Of a stretch of 43,162 nt of DNA, positions 42,191 through 43,162 are shown piece after piece. The translations under genes were made by a program, and so were the position numbers. Numbering within the stretch: the stretch's first letter is position 1; each line of letters starts with the position of its first letter. This DNA is from a virus (taxonomy: Duplodnaviria; Caudoviricetes), in the IMG/VR virus record IMGVR_UViG_3300038330_000039, positions 1 through 43,162 of that record; one strand, given 5' to 3'. Under the pieces are notes generated by a model. That model made no database searches. It saw only the letters and a list, made by a program, of their open reading frames with translations, and had not been told where the DNA came from.

Positions 42191-42307
42191 TCAGCGCCGG
42201 GCCTGGGTCACCTTCAGCAGCGCCCGCAGCCTCCGGAGGCTTCGCCGGGTGGCCTGGTGAGCCTGAAGCGCCAGAAGGGCAACCAGGAGCCGCAGCGGCC
42301 CCAGCAT
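42191..42307 (-). CDS. 38-aa cationic amphipathic peptide (candidate outer-membrane disruptor)
   Basis: TAATG overlap with the endolysin stop; MLGPLRLLVALLALQAHQATRRSLRRLRALLKVTQARR has 8 Arg + 1 Lys and no Asp/Glu. Confidence 0.45.
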   Translation of the reverse strand: MLGPLRLLVALLALQAHQATRRSLRRLRALLKVTQARR

Positions 42308-42735
42308 TAGGCAGCGATCCGGTAGCCCAGCAGCCTCGAGCGGTCGTAGGCGCGTGTCCCCACCAGGTTGTTCTGGTTGCCCCCGAACAGGTGCAGGGTG
42401 CTTCCGACCGTGCGCAGGTAGAAACCGACGTGCCCCCCGCCCGCGCGCGAGAGGACCGCAACGCAGCCCCGGCGTGGCACCTCGAGCGGCTGGCCCCAGG
42501 TGAGCCAGGAGCGGGCCGCCGCGCTGTCCGTGCCCTTCAAGCCGGACCGCGTCACGCACCAGTTGACGAACGCCGAGCACCAGGGGGTTTCATCGTCGGC
42601 GGCAAGCTTGGCCGGGAGCGTCGTGGTTCGCAGGTACTCCAGCACCCTGGGGTTGCTGCCCTGCCCAAGGAGCTCCTTGACGCCCCGCTCTGCAAAAGCG
42701 TGGTCCATCCACGGGAACTCCTCTGGGGTGGTCAC
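42307..42735 (-). CDS. Endolysin, TIGR02594-family (NlpC/P60-CHAP-like cysteine peptidase)
   Basis: 142 aa; PWM..A..E.GVKE, NPRV..Y, DETPWCSAFVNW, AARSW, GHVGF, GGNQ. Confidence 0.85.
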   Translation of the reverse strand: MTTPEEFPWMDHAFAERGVKELLGQGSNPRVLEYLRTTTLPAKLAADDETPWCSAFVNWCVTRSGLKGTDSAAARSWLTWGQPLEVPRRGCVAVLSRAGGGHVGFYLRTVGSTLHLFGGNQNNLVGTRAYDRSRLLGYRIAA

Positions 42736-43091
42736 TGGGGCAGAACCTTGCGGATCTCGCCGGTGATCTCCCCGAGCGGTCCAGCAAATTGCGGCTTCCA
42801 GACCTTCACGATCATTTCAGCCGCGGCCAGGATCGCCAGGATGCCGACGGTCACCTTGCCGCCGCTCGCTGCTCCTCGAGCCAGCGCGCCCTTGACGGTG
42901 GCCTCGGGCGACAGCCGCGCCAGCGCCTCGCCGAGATGCGTGCGCCACGCCTCGAGCTGAGCATCAATGTGCAGCCGGTGCGCCAGGAACTCCTCGCGAA
43001 TGGACGGCGTCAGCGGCCGCGGAGGGTCGGGGTTGGGGTTCTCGGGTGGGGGAAACATGCGATCGGTGGTTTCGTCGGGCCCTTTTGCCAT
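42732..43091 (-). CDS. Putative holin/membrane protein
   Basis: 119 aa with a C-terminal hydrophobic segment VTVGILAILAAAEMIV; GTGA overlap with the endolysin. Confidence 0.45.
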   Translation of the reverse strand: MAKGPDETTDRMFPPPENPNPDPPRPLTPSIREEFLAHRLHIDAQLEAWRTHLGEALARLSPEATVKGALARGAASGGKVTVGILAILAAAEMIVKVWKPQFAGPLGEITGEIRKVLPQ

Positions 43092-43140
43092 GGGGCGCAG
43101 TGTCTCACGAAAGATACTCGCTGGCCAATCAGGCGAACGG
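43015..43140. repeat. Direct terminal repeat, right copy
   Basis: Identical to 1-126. Confidence 0.95.
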
Positions 43141-43162
43141 GCCCGACGAAACCACCGATCGC

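Noticed and set aside
43139-43162. The last 24 bases are the reverse complement of 43059-43082, suggesting a hairpin telomere
   Set aside because: They follow the 126-bp circular overlap, break an otherwise intact gene (115-426 in the left copy), and no protelomerase is encoded. Most likely a fold-back chimeric read or assembly artefact.
1-43162. Alternative genetic code or stop-codon recoding
   Set aside because: Genes tile densely with standard code, and TGA, TAA and TAG all serve as stops, with coupled overlaps at many TGA and TAA junctions.

Overview
This window is an apparently complete, high-GC tailed-phage genome. Bases 1-126 repeat exactly at 43015-43140, giving a circularly closable unit of about 43,014 bp. 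The layout is podovirus-like (P22/T7-type short tail): portal, scaffold, major capsid protein, decoration/fibre proteins, a head-tail adaptor, a ~1000-aa tail nozzle-like protein and three large internal ejection proteins (one with a GH73 glucosaminidase), with no tape measure or tail tube/sheath evident. The terminase large subunit is inverted relative to the small subunit and portal. A central switch has a peptidase-less LexA-type HTH protein, two matched promoters containing the palindromic operator CGCATAC-N2-GTATGCG, and a replication initiator with an internal origin-like region. I found no integrase, DNA polymerase, helicase or primase. Most notable features: (1) a single protein fusing a FEN/5'-3' exonuclease to a RecT/Red-beta-like annealase; (2) a GT2-TPR-methyltransferase fusion in the capsid operon; (3) an Acb2/Tad1-like signal-sponge domain; (4) structured RNA leaders, one of which would bury the capsid gene's SD and start codon; (5) a 38-aa cationic peptide coupled to the endolysin where spanins would be expected; (6) several leaderless promoters; (7) three Cys-rich lipoproteins, including a metzincin protease. 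The host is probably a high-GC diderm, possibly Myxococcota (inference only). All assignments come from reading motifs by eye; no database searches were run.
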